Origin: an uncultured bacterium
Lineage (GTDB): Bacteria; Armatimonadota; UBA5829
Length of the DNA: 15,363 nucleotides
Direction: 5' to 3'
Assembly (NCBI GenBank): GCA_963775535.1
Contig: CAVZJH010000066.1
Span: 1 to 15,363 of the forward strand
Shown here: piece by piece, positions 14,529 to 15,363 of the stretch
Layout of the letters: each line of letters starts with the position of its first letter
Numbering within the stretch: position 1 is the stretch's first letter
Position numbers and translations under genes: made by a program
Notes under the pieces: model-generated
The model's input: only the letters and a program-made list of their open reading frames with translations
Database searches by the model: none
What the model was told of the DNA's origin: nothing

Positions 14529-15363
14529 TCAACGAACCAATGCGCCTGCCAACCTTTCATTGACAATGTTAAGCAGCTCGGCCTCGGAAGGCTGCCAGGA
14601 GTTCGGCAGGACATCTCGCAAGCCCTTGACCACAGCCTGCTTGTAAGGCCGGTCGTTTTCCAGTGCGTCTTTGAACAGCCCGAAGCCTTCTACCGAGTTC
14701 GACCGCGCTAATTCCACCACACAGCTTTCGGCATCGCCGCCTTTCCCGGATCCCTTCCAGCAGGTAAGGAACAGCGGCGTCACCAAATGCACGATGTATC
14801 TCGCCGGCAATCTCGGAGGAGTCGGAGGTTTATCCAACTTATCCCCCAACGCGAGCAGTGGGCCTAACTTCGGCAGGTCCGCTGGATTGCTTGGCCTCAC
14901 AGACACACGACACCGCCAACTCTCTGACCGATGGAACCTCCGCCAACTGCAACAAAAGATCGTGCGCCCGGTCTGAGTTGAGCTGAGTCATAAACAGAAC
15001 CAGCGGCAAAAGCGCTTCGCTCTGAGTAAACGTTCGAATGTGCGGAACTGCTGCCCACACTGCGTCCTCTATCATCTTCCGCACCGCGGGCTGCTCCTTC
15101 CACGTCTGAAACCGCCCCGGAACTTCCGAGAAGTGACCTGCGTTCAGCCCCATCAGGATGTCCAGGGAGCGAACTGCCTCGCCTGCCGTTTTCGCGGAAT
15201 TGGAGTCGAGAAATGGAATGATCGACTCTACCAACTGCCTCACAACGGGCTGGAACAAATCCGCGTGTTGGCTCACGTAGTGGGCCACGGCGTCAGTAGG
15301 TCCTTCTTTGGCCAGCACGCGCGGGATCTCACGCTTTATCACATCATCCCCGGCAACCAGCGC
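14529..15363 (-). CDS. Alpha-helical (HEAT-like) hypothetical protein, 5'-partial because it runs off the window end; the frame shifts near 14905
   Basis: Two overlapping minus-strand ORFs are present (14839-15342 and 14529-14906). Their protein-like portions join as ...LLLQLAEVPSVRE, then ELARSNSVEGFGLFKDALENDRPYKQAVVKGLRDVLPNSWQPSEAELLNIVNERLAGALVR. The helix-rich repeats show no catalytic motif. Confidence 0.4.

Noticed and set aside
1-15363. Search for tRNA, rRNA or a CRISPR array
   Set aside because: I found no tRNA-like T-arm or anticodon-arm consensus and no rRNA-like segments. There are no arrays of short direct repeats separated by unique spacers. The only repeats are the 83-bp pair, the palindromes and the 0.8-kb paralogue.

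Overview
This is a high-GC bacterial chromosomal window of about 62% GC. GTG and TTG starts are common. I found no rRNA, tRNA or CRISPR. The left third (94-6022) is housekeeping: an NfeD/YqiJ-like membrane protein with a histidine-rich insert, next to a flotillin-like SPFH protein (the yqiJ-yqiK arrangement), and a minus-strand lipA-pdhA-pdhB operon. A 165-bp nested palindromic element lies between pdhA and pdhB. The most unusual region is a four-gene plus-strand operon at 6221-9522. It encodes a dCMP-deaminase-family zinc deaminase, a translationally coupled HAD-like hydrolase, a ParB/sulfiredoxin-fold protein, and a fusion protein. The fusion has an N-terminal MtrA-like domain joined to a divergent thymidylate-synthase-fold domain; the MtrA family is tetrahydromethanopterin S-methyltransferase subunit A. 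I read this operon as a candidate pyrimidine-nucleotide C5-modification or alternative thymidylate module that does not appear to be characterised. Downstream, a low-GC ORF at 9695-10225 resembles a SUKH/SMI1-KNR4 immunity protein. Two direct copies of an 83-bp hairpin-rich element bracket it like a cassette. The right third carries a secreted protein, divergent promoters, an amidohydrolase-2-like gene, and a minus-strand gene pair (HEAT-like protein plus secreted protein). A decayed about 0.8-kb tandem paralogue of the HEAT-like gene follows that pair. GC-rich palindromes sharing a CCCTCACCCC core recur in intergenic regions. At least seven genes carry single-nucleotide frameshifts. Several of these sit in homopolymer runs, which suggests an error-prone assembly, although real pseudogenisation cannot be excluded from sequence alone.
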